NCBI GenBank assembly: GCA_963815625.1
Contig: CAWFHG010000004.1
Location: 14,667-78,666 of the forward strand
Direction of reading: 5' to 3'
From: an uncultured Methanomicrobiales archaeon
GTDB taxonomy: Archaea; Halobacteriota; Methanomicrobia; Methanomicrobiales; Methanospirillaceae
DNA length: 64,000 bases
Below the pieces are notes generated by a model. The model made no database searches. It saw nothing but the letters and a program-made list of their open reading frames with translations, and was not told the DNA's origin. How positions within the stretch are numbered: position 1 is the stretch's first letter; the number at the start of each line of letters is the position of its first letter. This document shows positions 9,564-20,523 of this stretch, in pieces. A program made the translations under genes and the position numbers.

Positions 9564-10870
9564 ATGTATAGAATGAACTGGTTGCTGATCCTCGTCCTGT
9601 TGATCGTTATTTACGCAGCCGTGGCACTTATCATCTATACAAAAAAATTATTCACGGACCATATTGCTTTTTACGGCCCGATAATGGCAATAAAAAGCAG
9701 TAAGACTGCATTTTTTGACTGGTTCACCCGGATAAGCCCGATTTTGCGTATTTATGGCTCGGTCGGCGTAATCGTTGTCGTTGTGGTCTCTGTCCTCATT
9801 ACATTCCTGCTCTTTTTCGCCTTACAATATACCCTTGTACTCCAGCCCGAACCAACCGGGATTTACAAGCCCCAGAATATCCTCCTGCTGCCGGGGATCA
9901 ATGAATACGTTCCATCGACGTTTGCCGTCTGGTTTGCATTCGTGCTGACGATCGCGGTCCACGAATTCGGTCATGGGATCCTCTGCCGTGTTGAAAACAT
10001 CAGGGTAAAGGGTATCGGAGCCCTCATTGCCGTCATTCCGATCGGTTTTTTTGTCGAACCTGACGAGGAGGAACTCGAAAAGGCAAAAGGAATGCCAAAA
10101 ATGAGGATGTTCGGAGCAGGCATCATGAATAACCTCGTCGTCGGTGTGATCTGTTTTGTCCTCCTTATTTTTGTCATGGGGGCAGCCGTCCCCACGGATG
10201 CACCGGTCGTCCACGGGGTCTACCAGAATTACTCGGCATTCACTGCCGGGAGTACCTCAGGACTCCACTGATCACCGCGGTGAACGGGGTCCCTGTTGCG
10301 ACACGTGACCAGGTGAGTGAGATCCTCAACGCAAGTCATCCCGGAGATATTACCGTGTTGCAGGTGCAGAAAGACAGCATCGTCGACGATTACACGCTCA
10401 ACCTTACCGCCTGGCCGGCGGAACTGGGGCCTCACTCATCCGGGTTTATGGGAGTCGTCTATTATGACGGAACCCAGGTCATCGATACCGTGAGGAACAT
10501 GTTCTCCCCTATCGGCTTTCTCCGCCTTATCAGTGTACCGTTCGACATGACCGCGGGAGGGCAGTACATGAGGGTCCTTGCCTTCGAAACCCCGGATACC
10601 GGCTATTATACTGTGCCATATCCCGAAATTTTCTGGGGTACCGTGCACCTCCTGTTCTGGTGTGGGTGGATCAATATCAATGTGGGAATATTCAATGCAA
10701 TTCCGATGGTCCCGCTTGATGGCGGTTATATCCTTAAGGAAGGTGTGGCGAGACTGTTCAGCGGAAGAAAAATTGAGAAATATGCGGGGTTTGTGGCCAC
10801 ATCCATCAGCACCATCATGCTGGTGATCCTCGTATCAATTGTAGCGCTCCCGTATCTGCTTCATATTTGA
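9564..10870 (+). CDS. site-2 protease family (M50) membrane metalloprotease with PDZ domain (frameshift near 10250-10262)
   Basis: HEFGHGILCR (HExxH) in ORF 9564. The PDZ-like segment AVNGVPVATRDQVSEILN and NAIPMVPLDGG (the second metal-ligand motif) are in ORF 10280..10870. Confidence 0.8.
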
Positions 10871-11059
10871 AAGTTTATCCCTATTTTACCAATGGCAGAG
10901 TCACTACCGATGCAACATATTTTCCAATTCTGGTATGTGCTTCTCTGGAAAAAAAGATATTAGACACCTTAATCGGGGAAATACACCCTGAATTTCACCA
11001 GATTTCCAAACAGCGTATCCCGGTGATTTTAAATAAATAACTATCGTACAGATTACCGT

Positions 11060-11663
11060 ATGATTAACCAGATAATAGGGAAAATCAGGGGATTTCTACT
11101 TCAGCCGGTAGAGACATTCCAGAAATCGAGGGGAGACGATGCTGCTCCGGTAATGGCCTATTTTGCTGTACTCCTCATTTTCTACGGACTATTAAGTGCA
11201 ATTGTCAGCGCTGCCGGGGTCATGATGAACCCTGTGCCATCCTTGCTGAAACTCGGGCTCGGTACGGCAGATCCTGTAGTTACATTTTTCACGGTACTGT
11301 TCAGCGTAATCATTGGCTGGTTATTCCTTCTCCTGATATGGGGATTATGGCTTCACGTCTTTTCCTACATCGCAGGAGCCAGGAAAGGCATCATGGAGAC
11401 CGAAAAAGCAGTGATTTACGGCACCACACCCTTCTTCCTGCTTGGGTGGATACCGGTTATCGGTATGATAATTGGTGGAATATGGGCCATCATCCTCACA
11501 ATAATCGGGCTCCGGGAACTGCACCAGATCACAACCGGGAAAGCTCGTTCTTGCCTATGTTCTGGCACTGGTAATTATATTCGTCATCCTGTTGCTGATA
11601 GTCGGGTGGCTCGTAATTGCACTCATGTCCGGGATGAACCCGTCAAATGTAATGAATTACTGA
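11060..11663 (+). CDS. Yip1-domain membrane protein (frameshift near 11545)
   Basis: Multi-TM Yip1-like protein. After TTGKA the sequence continues in another frame as LVLAYVLALVIIFVILLLIVGWLVIALMSGMNPSNVMNY-stop (TGA 11661-11663), directly followed by a T10 run. Confidence 0.7.
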
Positions 11664-11671
11664 TCAATTCA

Positions 11672-11681
11672 TTTTTTTTTT
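11672..11681 (+). terminator. oligo-T run (T10) after the corrected yip1 stop
   Basis: T10 begins 9 nt after the reconstructed stop. This supports the corrected reading frame. Confidence 0.35.
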
Positions 11682-11711
11682 CAAGGGATACAACTTCAAC
11701 ATCAGAAAAGA

Positions 11712-12565
11712 TTACCTGCAAAGTTTCGCGACGAGCGAACCTTTTGGAACACCGACATCATCTGCAATGGGTTCGCACTTGACCGACATAAGATACGCGA
11801 TCGGGGGAAGGTCTTTTTCGATTGAGAGCGATTCGTAATTTGCCATTCCTTTTGATATGACGAGTGTGCAGCGACCGAGGGCCTCTTTGAGGACAGGCGG
11901 GCATAGATCGAGTCGTACCCCAGCTCGGTTCCGCAACCGGTTGTTGTTACAGCGGTTACATAATTATCGAGACCGAATTCATGAACTTCCACCATTGTTG
12001 CATCATTCAGGATCGGTGCATCCCTTACGACGAGAGTAATCTCCGACCCGTTATCATGGAGATATCTGAGGAGAAGACGGTCAAATATAATTTCTCCGCA
12101 ATTATCTGTAAAATAAACCACCTTTTTTGTTAACGGAAGGATCATTTCAGTATCGTCAATGGTCAGACCCTTCGAAAACATTGTCCTGAAGAATTCATCG
12201 AAATTTTCCGTGACGTGGTGACTTTTTACGCCATAATCATACGTATTCCCGATGATCGACGCGAGAACGATGTCGCGGAAGTTAATAAGTGCCGGTTCAA
12301 TGCGGTCGCAGACGGATAGTGCCTCGATATTGCTCTGTTCCTTCAAATCCTTAAACGGATCCGGGTTATTAAGCATTCCATAGGCATGCCGGTGGACGGC
12401 ACTTGCAATCTGCGGGTGGCTCACGGGATCAAAACGTATCTTTGAGAGGAGGTCTGCACACGAACCCACCGTTTCTTCGGTAAGGCCGGGTCCCGCAGCA
12501 GAGAGTTTACATTCAAGTGCCACCCTGGAAAGAAGACAGTCAAAACAACGGTTGTCGAGTTTCAT
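11712..12565 (-). CDS. DUF89 / ARMT1-like damage-control phosphatase (frameshift in the C/G run at 11917-11920)
   Basis: N-terminal CFDCLLSR and YFTDNCGEIIFD in ORF 11702..12565. The C-terminal VISKGMANYESL...YLMSVKCEPIA is in ORF 11712..11936. Confidence 0.8.
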
Positions 12566-12605
12566 GCGTGAAAATCCTGCATCGCACTATTGAAAATTGA
12601 GTAAA

Positions 12606-12680
12606 TGAGGCCACTGCGATTTGAACGCAGGTCAGAAGACCCCCAGTCTCCTAGGATGGTCCAGGCTACCCTATGGCCCC
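12606..12680 (-). tRNA. tRNA-Pro (anticodon GGG)
   Basis: Minus-strand 75-nt cloverleaf: acceptor GGGGCCA/TGGCCTC, T-arm CTGCG-TTCAAAT-CGCAG, anticodon loop CTGGGGG. CCA is not encoded. Confidence 0.85.
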
Positions 12681-12797
12681 GCACTCATATTCATTCGTCA
12701 ATATCCCATATCTATCTTATTGTCCTTGTAAAGTCCATTATTACCTTTTTCTGGCTTGGACTCAACAATGTTGATTTTCCCGCCGGGAGCAGGAGAT

Positions 12798-12992
12798 TTA
12801 CTCGTCGATTTTTTCAACGGTTACGCGCACCCGGTCACCTGCACGCAGGTTATGGCCTTTCAGCACGTCGATATTGAACCAGAGGCATGCAGGGTCGGTT
12901 GATGTGGCGTCCTGCGACATCAGGCAGTCTTTACATTCATTAATATCGGCGATGAACTCAATTTTTGTTTCAAGTTCTGCAATCTTAGTCAT
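12798..12992 (-). CDS. small hypothetical protein (64 aa)
   Basis: Intact ORF with normal composition between tRNA-Pro and the wHTH gene. I recognise no family. Confidence 0.35.
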   Translation of the reverse strand: MTKIAELETKIEFIADINECKDCLMSQDATSTDPACLWFNIDVLKGHNLRAGDRVRVTVEKIDE

Positions 12993-13024
12993 AGCAATGA
13001 AAAAATAGTGGTAATGGGTTATTA

Positions 13025-13276
13025 TTATGCCGACCTTGGCTTTACCATCCAGGTCGTGCTGTTCGAATAGCTCCAGCGGATAATTGATAATTCCTGGCAG
13101 ATTTCTGACAGGATTGCCATATTGGTGCCGACCTCCTTGGACGAGAGGCCGAGTTCCTTCGCAATATACTTTGACTTAAAGTAATGTTTGCCTTTGTTGA
13201 CGCCAAGAGACAGGCATGCAATAATCCTTGCCTGGGTCTCGTTGTACTTATCGGCGATTCGTCGTGTAGACGACAT
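13025..13276 (-). CDS. small winged-helix DNA-binding protein (hypothetical)
   Basis: 83 aa. The segment YIAKELGLSSKEVGTNMAILSE looks like an HTH recognition unit. The gene is followed by about 420 bp of AT-rich non-coding DNA. Confidence 0.45.
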   Translation of the reverse strand: MSSTRRIADKYNETQARIIACLSLGVNKGKHYFKSKYIAKELGLSSKEVGTNMAILSEICQELSIIRWSYSNSTTWMVKPRSA

Positions 13277-13697
13277 GAATCTCTCACCTCCAGAGATATT
13301 GAGCTATAAATTCCTTTCGTATATATAAATAACTATTTTTCTTCACACTGTTTTGAGTATTTTATGAAGAGCAGTTCGACAAAGGACGAATTTTACCGAC
13401 TTTTACATTACGAATGCCTGGGGGTTTTAGTCACATTTCACGGACGTCATATGTAAACATCTCCGTCGGGAGGACACCGGACTCGCGATCCTGATATAAT
13501 CATAAAGCTCGTTTTTGATCGTATTATAAAACCGATTTTCACATTACCTAAGTGACAGTGAATTTAAATCCGTGCGTGAGGTTCTTTCGAATAATATCCA
13601 AGGATAAAATTCAGGATATCCGGATTTGGCCGGTAACATTCATTTCCAAAGACCTGAAATGAAAAATATTTGAATCAGAATAGAAAATTACCGGGAT

Positions 13698-15539
13698 TTA
13701 TGCACCGGTTGATGCCTCAGATATCTTTTGTACAAGGGCCTCGAGGACTTCGTCCCTCATTCCTTCAACGAACTTTATGCTTCCTACGACAAGGTGGCCA
13801 CCGCCACTGATACCGCCGCCCTTAAGCTCGTCTCTCAATTCCCTGACCATTTTCGGGATATTCATCATGACACCCCTTGAACGCAGGACCGCAAAGTCCG
13901 GGCCAAACCCGATGGTTACAACCGGACTCCCCGCATGCTGTCTGCAAAGCCGGTCATGAACCTCCCCTGAGGTCTTGCCGGGAGGTGGGAAGGTGAACTT
14001 GTGAGCATGGATCTCAACATCAAGAAGGAATAAGAGGGCACCATTTTTCAGTTGCCTTTCTTTCACATGGGGCATGCTTGCATTCATCTGGTCGTCAATC
14101 ATGGCATTGGCCCCTTCAACAAGCGTGGCAATGAGCCGCTTGTGCCGCTCCGGGTTGTTCGTCAGGTTCAGGATATCCTTGACCAGTTCCCGCCCGTCGT
14201 TAAACCGGAGCCAGAACTGTTCATAGTCGAGAGCCAGGGCAATGTTTTTGCATTCGTCCTCTGTGTACGAATCCCTGACCAGGTCAAGGAACAGTGCACG
14301 TTCAGGCGCCTCGCTCCGGTCACCCACGCCTGCAATCGCCGGGATATGCCGGATATTGGGTTCAACCGCAGGATTGATGAGCCGTGCCACCTCGGTCCCG
14401 AGCATCCCCGCTGTGATCCCGAAATCCCCACCAACATGATAGGGGTTGACATGTCCGATAAGGAACTGGTCAACAATCTCATCCGGATGGTGGTGGTCGA
14501 TAACAACTATCGGAAGATCGTACACCTGTGCCATACGGTACGCCGGCAGATCCTCCTCGGTCGACCCGTTATCGGTAAGGAGGATCAGGGGCATTTTCTG
14601 CCCGAAACGGACATGGTCCTTCAACGAGAAATCAAGGTCCCGTGTGATGTCCTCAATTTCATAGAACGGGGCTTTCGATGGGGCCCGCTTGAAGAGGAAG
14701 TAATCCGAATCGAAATCTCCTCCCGACTCTCTCAACAGTGTCGTTACCGCCTGTTCGATTGCCACTGCGGAACAAATACCATCTGCATCCGCATGGTGCC
14801 GGAGAATAATCGGCTGGGATGTAAAGACCGCCCGCCGGATTATCTTTGCTATCTTCCGCATCTCGGGCCTGAGTTTCTCAAGTATGGGGCTTGGCACGAG
14901 AAGCGGGATGTCGGGGGGCTCCGAACGGAGGTCCAGCGCCTTGTCGATCCGTTCCCTGCATTCCTGGGCTTCCGGGCCGGTGAGAACCGACAGCGAGTCA
15001 ACCTCTATCTGCAACTGGTTATTGCGCTGCATTACCTCGCCAACAATGCGGACGAGGTCGCCGAGCTCGGCCTCCGGGTACGCACGGACTCCTGCCTCGA
15101 CAAATGCCGCCGCATTTTCTGTCCCTGACTCGTCAACAATGGTGAATATCGTCGGTCCGCTGGTCTGCTTTACCTGCGCGATCTCCCCCTCGATCCTGAC
15201 TGTTCGTCCGATTTTTTTACCCAGCTCTGCCAGGAGTACCGCAGAACTCTTCTTTTCGATGGCCCGCACCTGGTATACCGGTATCACAACCTCTTCGAGG
15301 TCGATATTGCCATTGCTCCGGATCGCCCTGACATGAACCAGGATTGTTTCGCGTTCTTTATGCTCGGTTTTTACATTGCTCTTGTGAACGAGCCCCTTTA
15401 TACGGTCATTCAGCTGGACAAATGTCCCAAACGTGGCGAATCCCTGGACACGCCCCACATATGTCTTACCCTCTTCCACATCGCCAAGGTCACATGTTGC
15501 ACCAAGGCGGTATACAATTATTTCATCATTATTTTCCAT
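13698..15539 (-). CDS. RecJ/Cdc45-like DHH phosphoesterase with N-terminal S1 and OB-fold domains
   Basis: S1 domain (GRVQGFATFGTFVQLNDRIKGLVHKS), an OB segment, then DHH motifs HHADADGICS and VIDHHHP plus a GGGH DHHA1-type motif near the C-terminus. Confidence 0.8.
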   Translation of the reverse strand: MENNDEIIVYRLGATCDLGDVEEGKTYVGRVQGFATFGTFVQLNDRIKGLVHKSNVKTEHKERETILVHVRAIRSNGNIDLEEVVIPVYQVRAIEKKSSAVLLAELGKKIGRTVRIEGEIAQVKQTSGPTIFTIVDESGTENAAAFVEAGVRAYPEAELGDLVRIVGEVMQRNNQLQIEVDSLSVLTGPEAQECRERIDKALDLRSEPPDIPLLVPSPILEKLRPEMRKIAKIIRRAVFTSQPIILRHHADADGICSAVAIEQAVTTLLRESGGDFDSDYFLFKRAPSKAPFYEIEDITRDLDFSLKDHVRFGQKMPLILLTDNGSTEEDLPAYRMAQVYDLPIVVIDHHHPDEIVDQFLIGHVNPYHVGGDFGITAGMLGTEVARLINPAVEPNIRHIPAIAGVGDRSEAPERALFLDLVRDSYTEDECKNIALALDYEQFWLRFNDGRELVKDILNLTNNPERHKRLIATLVEGANAMIDDQMNASMPHVKERQLKNGALLFLLDVEIHAHKFTFPPPGKTSGEVHDRLCRQHAGSPVVTIGFGPDFAVLRSRGVMMNIPKMVRELRDELKGGGISGGGHLVVGSIKFVEGMRDEVLEALVQKISEASTGA

Positions 15540-15612
15540 GCGAAATCCTCGATATTTTCATTCTGCAGATTCCGGTGCAGTGCCGGCGAATTTTCGATAT
15601 CAGATAACAGAC

Positions 15613-16560
15613 CTATCCCCTGAATGGTATTTCGAACATATCAAGATCGTCCGGAACGATTACCTTACCACAAAACCTTTTCGCAGCATCCCTGATATGG
15701 CTTGCTGTGCTGGTATACCGGGAACTGATATGAACAAGGGCGAGTGTGTCTGCCGTCAGTCTCCCTGCAACATCCCCTGCTTCCCCCGATGTCGAATGGA
15801 AGACCTCCCTGGCACGTTCCATTGCAGCATCGTCATACGTCGCATCATGGATCAGGAGGTCGGCATGATCCACCACGGAGATAAGATCTTTTATCACCGG
15901 TCGGGTGTCCCCGGTATACACAACGGCCCTCCCAGGTCGTGGTGGCCCCATCACCTGTTCGGGAGTGATGTTGACCATTACCCCGTCCTTTTCAATTCTC
16001 ACTGGTTCGCCACGCTGGAGGCGCCCAAAGAGTGGACCTGGTGGTATTCCGAGGGCAATCGCCTGTTCACGGTCAAAACGGCCGGGCCGTGGCTCTTCTA
16101 CGAGGGCATATCCAAGGCTTGCCATACCATGATCGGTCGCAAAAGCCCGCACCTGGTACCCTTCGAACATGATGGACACTCCATGGGCAAGTTCCTCTGA
16201 CTGGACCGGGAATTTTACATTAAACCGGCAGAGATGACGAAGTTCCGTCACAAATTCATGGACCCATTCCGGACCATAGATGATCAGCGGTTCTTTCCGC
16301 CCGTTGAACGACAGCGTCTGTACGAGCCCGATGATGCCGAGAAAATGATCGGCATGCCAGTGGGTAATGAAGATGGCGTCGACGGTGAACCCGGTCCTGG
16401 CCCTCATCATCTGCTGCTGGGCCCCTTCGCCGCAGTCGAAAAGTATCGTATCAGACCCTCTCCGGATCATGAAGCAGGGGGGATTCCTCTGCGTGGTGGG
16501 CAGGGCACCGGCAGTGCCAAGGAAATATACCTGCAATGTCTCACCGGCTATACAAACCAC
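15613..16560 (-). CDS. rnz: ribonuclease Z (tRNA 3-prime endonuclease)
   Basis: LGTAGALP, metallo-beta-lactamase motif ITHWHADH, and the length and architecture of short-form RNase Z. Confidence 0.9.
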   Translation of the reverse strand: MVCIAGETLQVYFLGTAGALPTTQRNPPCFMIRRGSDTILFDCGEGAQQQMMRARTGFTVDAIFITHWHADHFLGIIGLVQTLSFNGRKEPLIIYGPEWVHEFVTELRHLCRFNVKFPVQSEELAHGVSIMFEGYQVRAFATDHGMASLGYALVEEPRPGRFDREQAIALGIPPGPLFGRLQRGEPVRIEKDGVMVNITPEQVMGPPRPGRAVVYTGDTRPVIKDLISVVDHADLLIHDATYDDAAMERAREVFHSTSGEAGDVAGRLTADTLALVHISSRYTSTASHIRDAAKRFCGKVIVPDDLDMFEIPFRG

Positions 16561-17322
16561 TTCCTGAACACCGCAAGGCTCTTCTTTCCTTCTTCAAGTG
16601 ACTTTACCTTCAACAACAGCCACGCCGGAATAGTCCTTCCGGACCGCAGGGCCGACGATATCCCATGGTATTGTCCCGGTCCCGAGGGCGAGGTGCTCGT
16701 CGGATATCCCCTGGTTGTCATGGATATGGAGATGCTTTGCATGCTTAAGGATGGGTAAAAATTCCTTCACCCTCCCGACCGTATTGGCATGGCCGATATC
16801 GATCGTGATCCCGATCCCTTCTATGCCTTCGGTCATCCCAAGGATCTCCTCGGGCCTCTGGCAGAGGAACTCCCGTACGCCGATCATGTTTTCAAGGCAG
16901 GCAAGAACACCGCAGTCCGCTGCGACCTGCCCGATCCTGACGAGGGCTTCTTTCTGGAGCTGCCAGGCCTTTTCAGGGAGGAGTTTTCCCACCGGGGACA
17001 TATACCCGGGATGGATAGTCACCCGGTCGGTGAATTCTGCTGCATTCGTGACACAGACGCATATCTGCCTGATGGATTCCTCCCAGATCGGGTGGTTCAG
17101 GGTGGCAAGGTTCAGGTCCCCGTAGGGTGCATGGACCGTGATACCGAGACTGGTGCTCGCGATCGCTTCACGGATATCCTCCCTGTTGGCCGGGTTATCG
17201 AGCCTGTACCGGCCGTCTGCAACGATCTCCCATCCACTATACCCGGCATCCGGGATCCCGTAAACCCATTCGAAGGAATCCCAGACCTTGGCAGATGAGG
17301 AAAAATACGGGGTGATACTCAT
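16548..17322 (-). CDS. sugar phosphate isomerase/epimerase (xylose isomerase-like TIM barrel; frameshift near 16612)
   Basis: HAPYGDLNLA, TIHPGY, LENM and HIHDN motifs. The C-terminus continues in ORF 16548..16742 as VKSLEEGKKSLAVFRKWFV after an extra G (GAAgGTAAAG). Confidence 0.7.
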
Positions 17323-17870
17323 GGTAACTCCTGTACTTTTTCGAGGAGTTCCATTACATGCCGTATGAAGGACTCCAGGCTGCCGTCATTATCGATGCGG
17401 TAATCAGCACCTTCGAGGGCTCTTGAAAGCCCCCATTCCTGTTCACGTTCGTCCCTGGCTTTGAGTGCCCTGCTGTCGAGATTATCATCAGGTCGTCCAC
17501 GGCCGGCAATACGGTGGAGACGTGTCTCGAACGGTGAATCAATCCTGACAAGCACAAACCCGGGAAAACTCTCCCGGAATACACTGGACCTCGGAGTCCC
17601 CCCTGATCCCGTCAACAATCACCAGCCGGTCTTTCTGACTCTTGATTTCCGGGACACAAAGCCGGGCGATCGCGTCCATTCCCTGTTCAGCCCTGATACG
17701 CCCGGCTGTTTCACCAAGGTTCTTATCGGTCAGCGGAAGACCTGCAGTCCTGCACCGCCTTTCGGATCACGTCTCCCATAACAATCACGGGAATGCCCAT
17801 CGATAGTGCGATCCGTCGAGAATTCTCCCTTACCGCTCGCTGGCAATCCAACGATCCCTACTACCTTCAT
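17319..17870 (-). pseudogene. UPF0200-type P-loop kinase-like protein (adenylate/dephospho-CoA kinase-like), three frameshifts
   Basis: The reconstructed protein is MKVVGIVGLPASGKGEFS / RRIALSMGIPVIVMGDVIRK / GLPLTDKNLGETAGRIRAEQGMDAIARLCVPEIKSQKDRLVIVDGIRGDSEV / FRESFPGFVLVRIDSPFETRLHRIAGRGRPDD. Reading it needs three frame changes between 17590 and 17825. Confidence 0.6.
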
Positions 17871-17887
17871 ACGAAATCTCACCTCCC

Positions 17888-18554
17888 TCACGGGTCCTGA
17901 TCCTGACCTAGCCGGTTGAGCGGGTCCGCGATTTTCTTTAACTCACTGCAGGACAACGGGGGGATGTCACCCTGCACACCCTGCTGGATAACAAGGTCTA
18001 CGTCGCTGCATTCGCGGGCGATATACGGGACTTCGTCCTCATATCCCCGGAACAGGGTGATCACAACCTCAAACTCCCGGAGTTTTCCACTCTTGCGGGC
18101 TGCCCTGCAGATCGCCAGTGAGCGTTGGACTTTACCGACGCAGGGGACTTTCATCAGGTTGTCATACCGCTGCCACCGGGCCTTGATATCGAGCGCGATA
18201 CGGTCTACGAGGTTGTTGTTCGATGAGGATTTCGAGGGTATCGGGATACACACCATTCGTCTGCACACCGACAAGAAGCCCCATTTTTTTTACTGCACCT
18301 GCAAGAGCAATCAGGGCCTCTGCCTGCATGGTTGGCTCACCACCGGAAAATACAACCCCGCTGATAAGGAGCCGGGACGACCTGATCATCCCGATGACCT
18401 CTTCCACCGGTCTTAGGTCTTTCCCTGACAGGATCGACGCATTATGGCAGTACGTGCACCGTACCGGGCACCCCCGGAAAAATACCGTGCATACTGCTTT
18501 TCCCCTCCAGTCTACCGTGCTGATAGGGACAAAACCACCGAAGTTGACATCCAT
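17888..18554 (-). CDS. radical SAM anaerobic ribonucleotide reductase-activating-like protein (frameshift near 18218)
   Basis: CPVRCTYCHN (CxxxCxxC) and FSGGEPT in ORF 18162..18554. The continuation NLVDRIALDIKA... is in ORF 17888..18274. Confidence 0.7.
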
Positions 18555-18732
18555 CTCGCGACCCAGAAATCAAATCTTTGCTCAGTAGTATGGCGAAGTA
18601 GTGGTATTCAATGTAGTGAAGTGGCACTGGAGGACGATTTCTCATCACCGGATCATGAAATCCGGGGATTATTTTCCCTGATGGAAATAAATTATGCCCT
18701 GGACAGACATCCATTACAATAGGGAAACGCAA

Positions 18733-19006
18733 ATGACGAAGAAACATTTTACTACGGAAGATGCCAAAGAAAATTGGCAAAGGCCTTGGGATTACCTGGT
18801 CTGCATTTGATGTCGAACAGTTCAGGATGGGCCTCGATGTGGAACTTGAACACGGCCTTGTTGACCCGGCCACCAATGTGACCAATGATGACCCGGTGAT
18901 GACCGGAAAGATCGCGCTTGCACACCTGAACGAGTTCCCTGACTATTATACGCGACTTGATAAAATGGAGAAAGAAGCAGACATTTTCTGGGGAAAGACA
19001 GATTAA
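18733..19006 (+). CDS. DUF5661-like small protein (frameshift near 18769)
   Basis: MTKKHFTTEDAK (ATG 18733) joins KIGKGLGITWSAFDVEQFRMGLDVELEHG of ORF 18761..19006 if one G is removed. The family assignment is from memory of the ELEHG-type motif. Confidence 0.5.
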
Positions 19007-19206
19007 TATTTTCCTGTTTTAATCAATAACCCAGGTTTTTCACGGGAATAAGCCGGCAGATTAACAGAAATCCTGTGGATCCGGTAAAATAGTAAAGTAA
19101 TATTGCGTAAATGTAAAACAACTTTACTTGATCGTTTAACAACCTAAATTTAGTCTGCGATTTTTAAAACAAGCCTTTATCACGTCAATTCCTCAATTAT
19201 GAAGGT

Positions 19207-20485
19207 ATGAGTATGATCAGCGATGCCAGGGCAGGCATCATTAACGAGGAGATGAAGGCCGTTGCAAAGGCAGAGGGCGTCACCGAAGAATTTGTGATGA
19301 GAGGGGTCGCCGGGGGCCACATTGTTATCCCGGTGTCACCGTACCGGAAGGTCAAGATTTGCGGTATTGGTGAAGGGCTCAGGACCAAGGTCAATGCATC
19401 TATCGGGACATCTTCTGACATTGTCGATATCGATATGGAAGTGGAAAAAGCCCGTCAGGCCGAACTTGCCGGGGCAGACACGCTGATGGAGCTCTCAACA
19501 GGGGGAGACTTCGCTGCAATCAGGAAGACGTGTTGTCGACGCCACGACCCTTTCGGTGGGTAGCGTCCCGCTTTACCAGGCGTTTATCGAGGCCGCGAGA
19601 AAAGACGGAGCTGTGGTCCACATGAAGGAGGACGACCTCTTCCGCATCACCGCAGAACAGGCGAAACTCGGGACAAATTTCATGGCAATCCACACCGGGA
19701 TCAACTTTGAGACCATAAAGAGACTGAAAAACCAGGGGCGCCATGGTGGACTGGTCTCCCGTGGCGGTGCATTCATGACGGCGTGGATGCTCCATAACGA
19801 GAAAGAGAACCCGCTCTATTCCGAGTTTGATTATCTCCTCGAGATCATGAAGGAGCACGAGGTCACCCTCTCGATGGGTAACGGCATGAGGGCCGGTGCG
19901 GTACACGACGCGACCGACCGGGCAGCAGTCCAGGAACTCCTGATCAATGCAGAACTTGCCGACAAGGCCCATGCAGAGGGCGTCCAGACGATCGTTGAAG
20001 GGCCGGGACATATCCCGCTCGACGAGATCGAGGCGAACGTGGTACTGATGAAGCGTGTGACGAACAACAAGCCGTTCTATATGCTCGGCCCGCTTGTTAC
20101 CGATATTGCCCCGGGCTACGATGACCGGGTTGCCGCTATTGGTGCAGCCATCTCATCGAGCCTCGGTGCAGATTTCATCTGCTATGTCACCCCGGCAGAG
20201 CACCTTGCCCTCCCAACAGTGGAGGAAGTCTACGAGGGAGTTATGAGTTCCAGGATAGCGGCACATGTCGGGGACATGATCAAACTGAAAAAGACCCGTA
20301 ATGCCGACCTCGAAATGGGCCACGCCCGCCGTGACCTGGACTGGACCCGCCAGTTCCAGCTTGCCATGAATCCCGCACGGGCAAAGGCGATCAGGGCAGA
20401 ACGTTCACCAGCTGATACCGATGCCTGCACGATGTGCGGGGATTATTGTGCGATAAAAATTGTAAATAAAAATTTCAAATTCTAA
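19207..20485 (+). CDS. thiC: phosphomethylpyrimidine synthase ThiC (frameshift near 19527-19531)
   Basis: The two ORFs (19207..19563 and 19556..20485) together give a complete short archaeal ThiC. Motifs include GSVPLYQA, MAIHTG, GIVSRGG-like LVSRGG, EGPGHIPL and the C-terminal CTMCGDYCA cluster motif. Confidence 0.9.
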
Positions 20486-20523
20486 TTTTTTTCAGATCCT
20501 TTCGATATTGCCGGAATAATCCC

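Noticed and set aside
12605-12877. 90-aa plus-strand ORF between the DUF89 gene and the small 64-aa gene.
   Set aside because: Its 5-prime part is the reverse complement of tRNA-Pro (12606-12680). The rest overlaps the 12798-12992 gene on the other strand.
13277-13697. The 420-bp AT-rich intergenic region next to the RecJ/Cdc45-like gene as a replication origin.
   Set aside because: There are no repeated ORB or mini-ORB-like elements and no adjacent orc1/cdc6 gene. I found only one 6-bp palindrome.
19007-19206. Possible TPP riboswitch upstream of thiC.
   Set aside because: I could not find the conserved CUGAGA / ACCUGAUCUGGAUAAUGCCAGCG-type elements or a convincing P1-P5 fold. A covariance-model scan would settle this.
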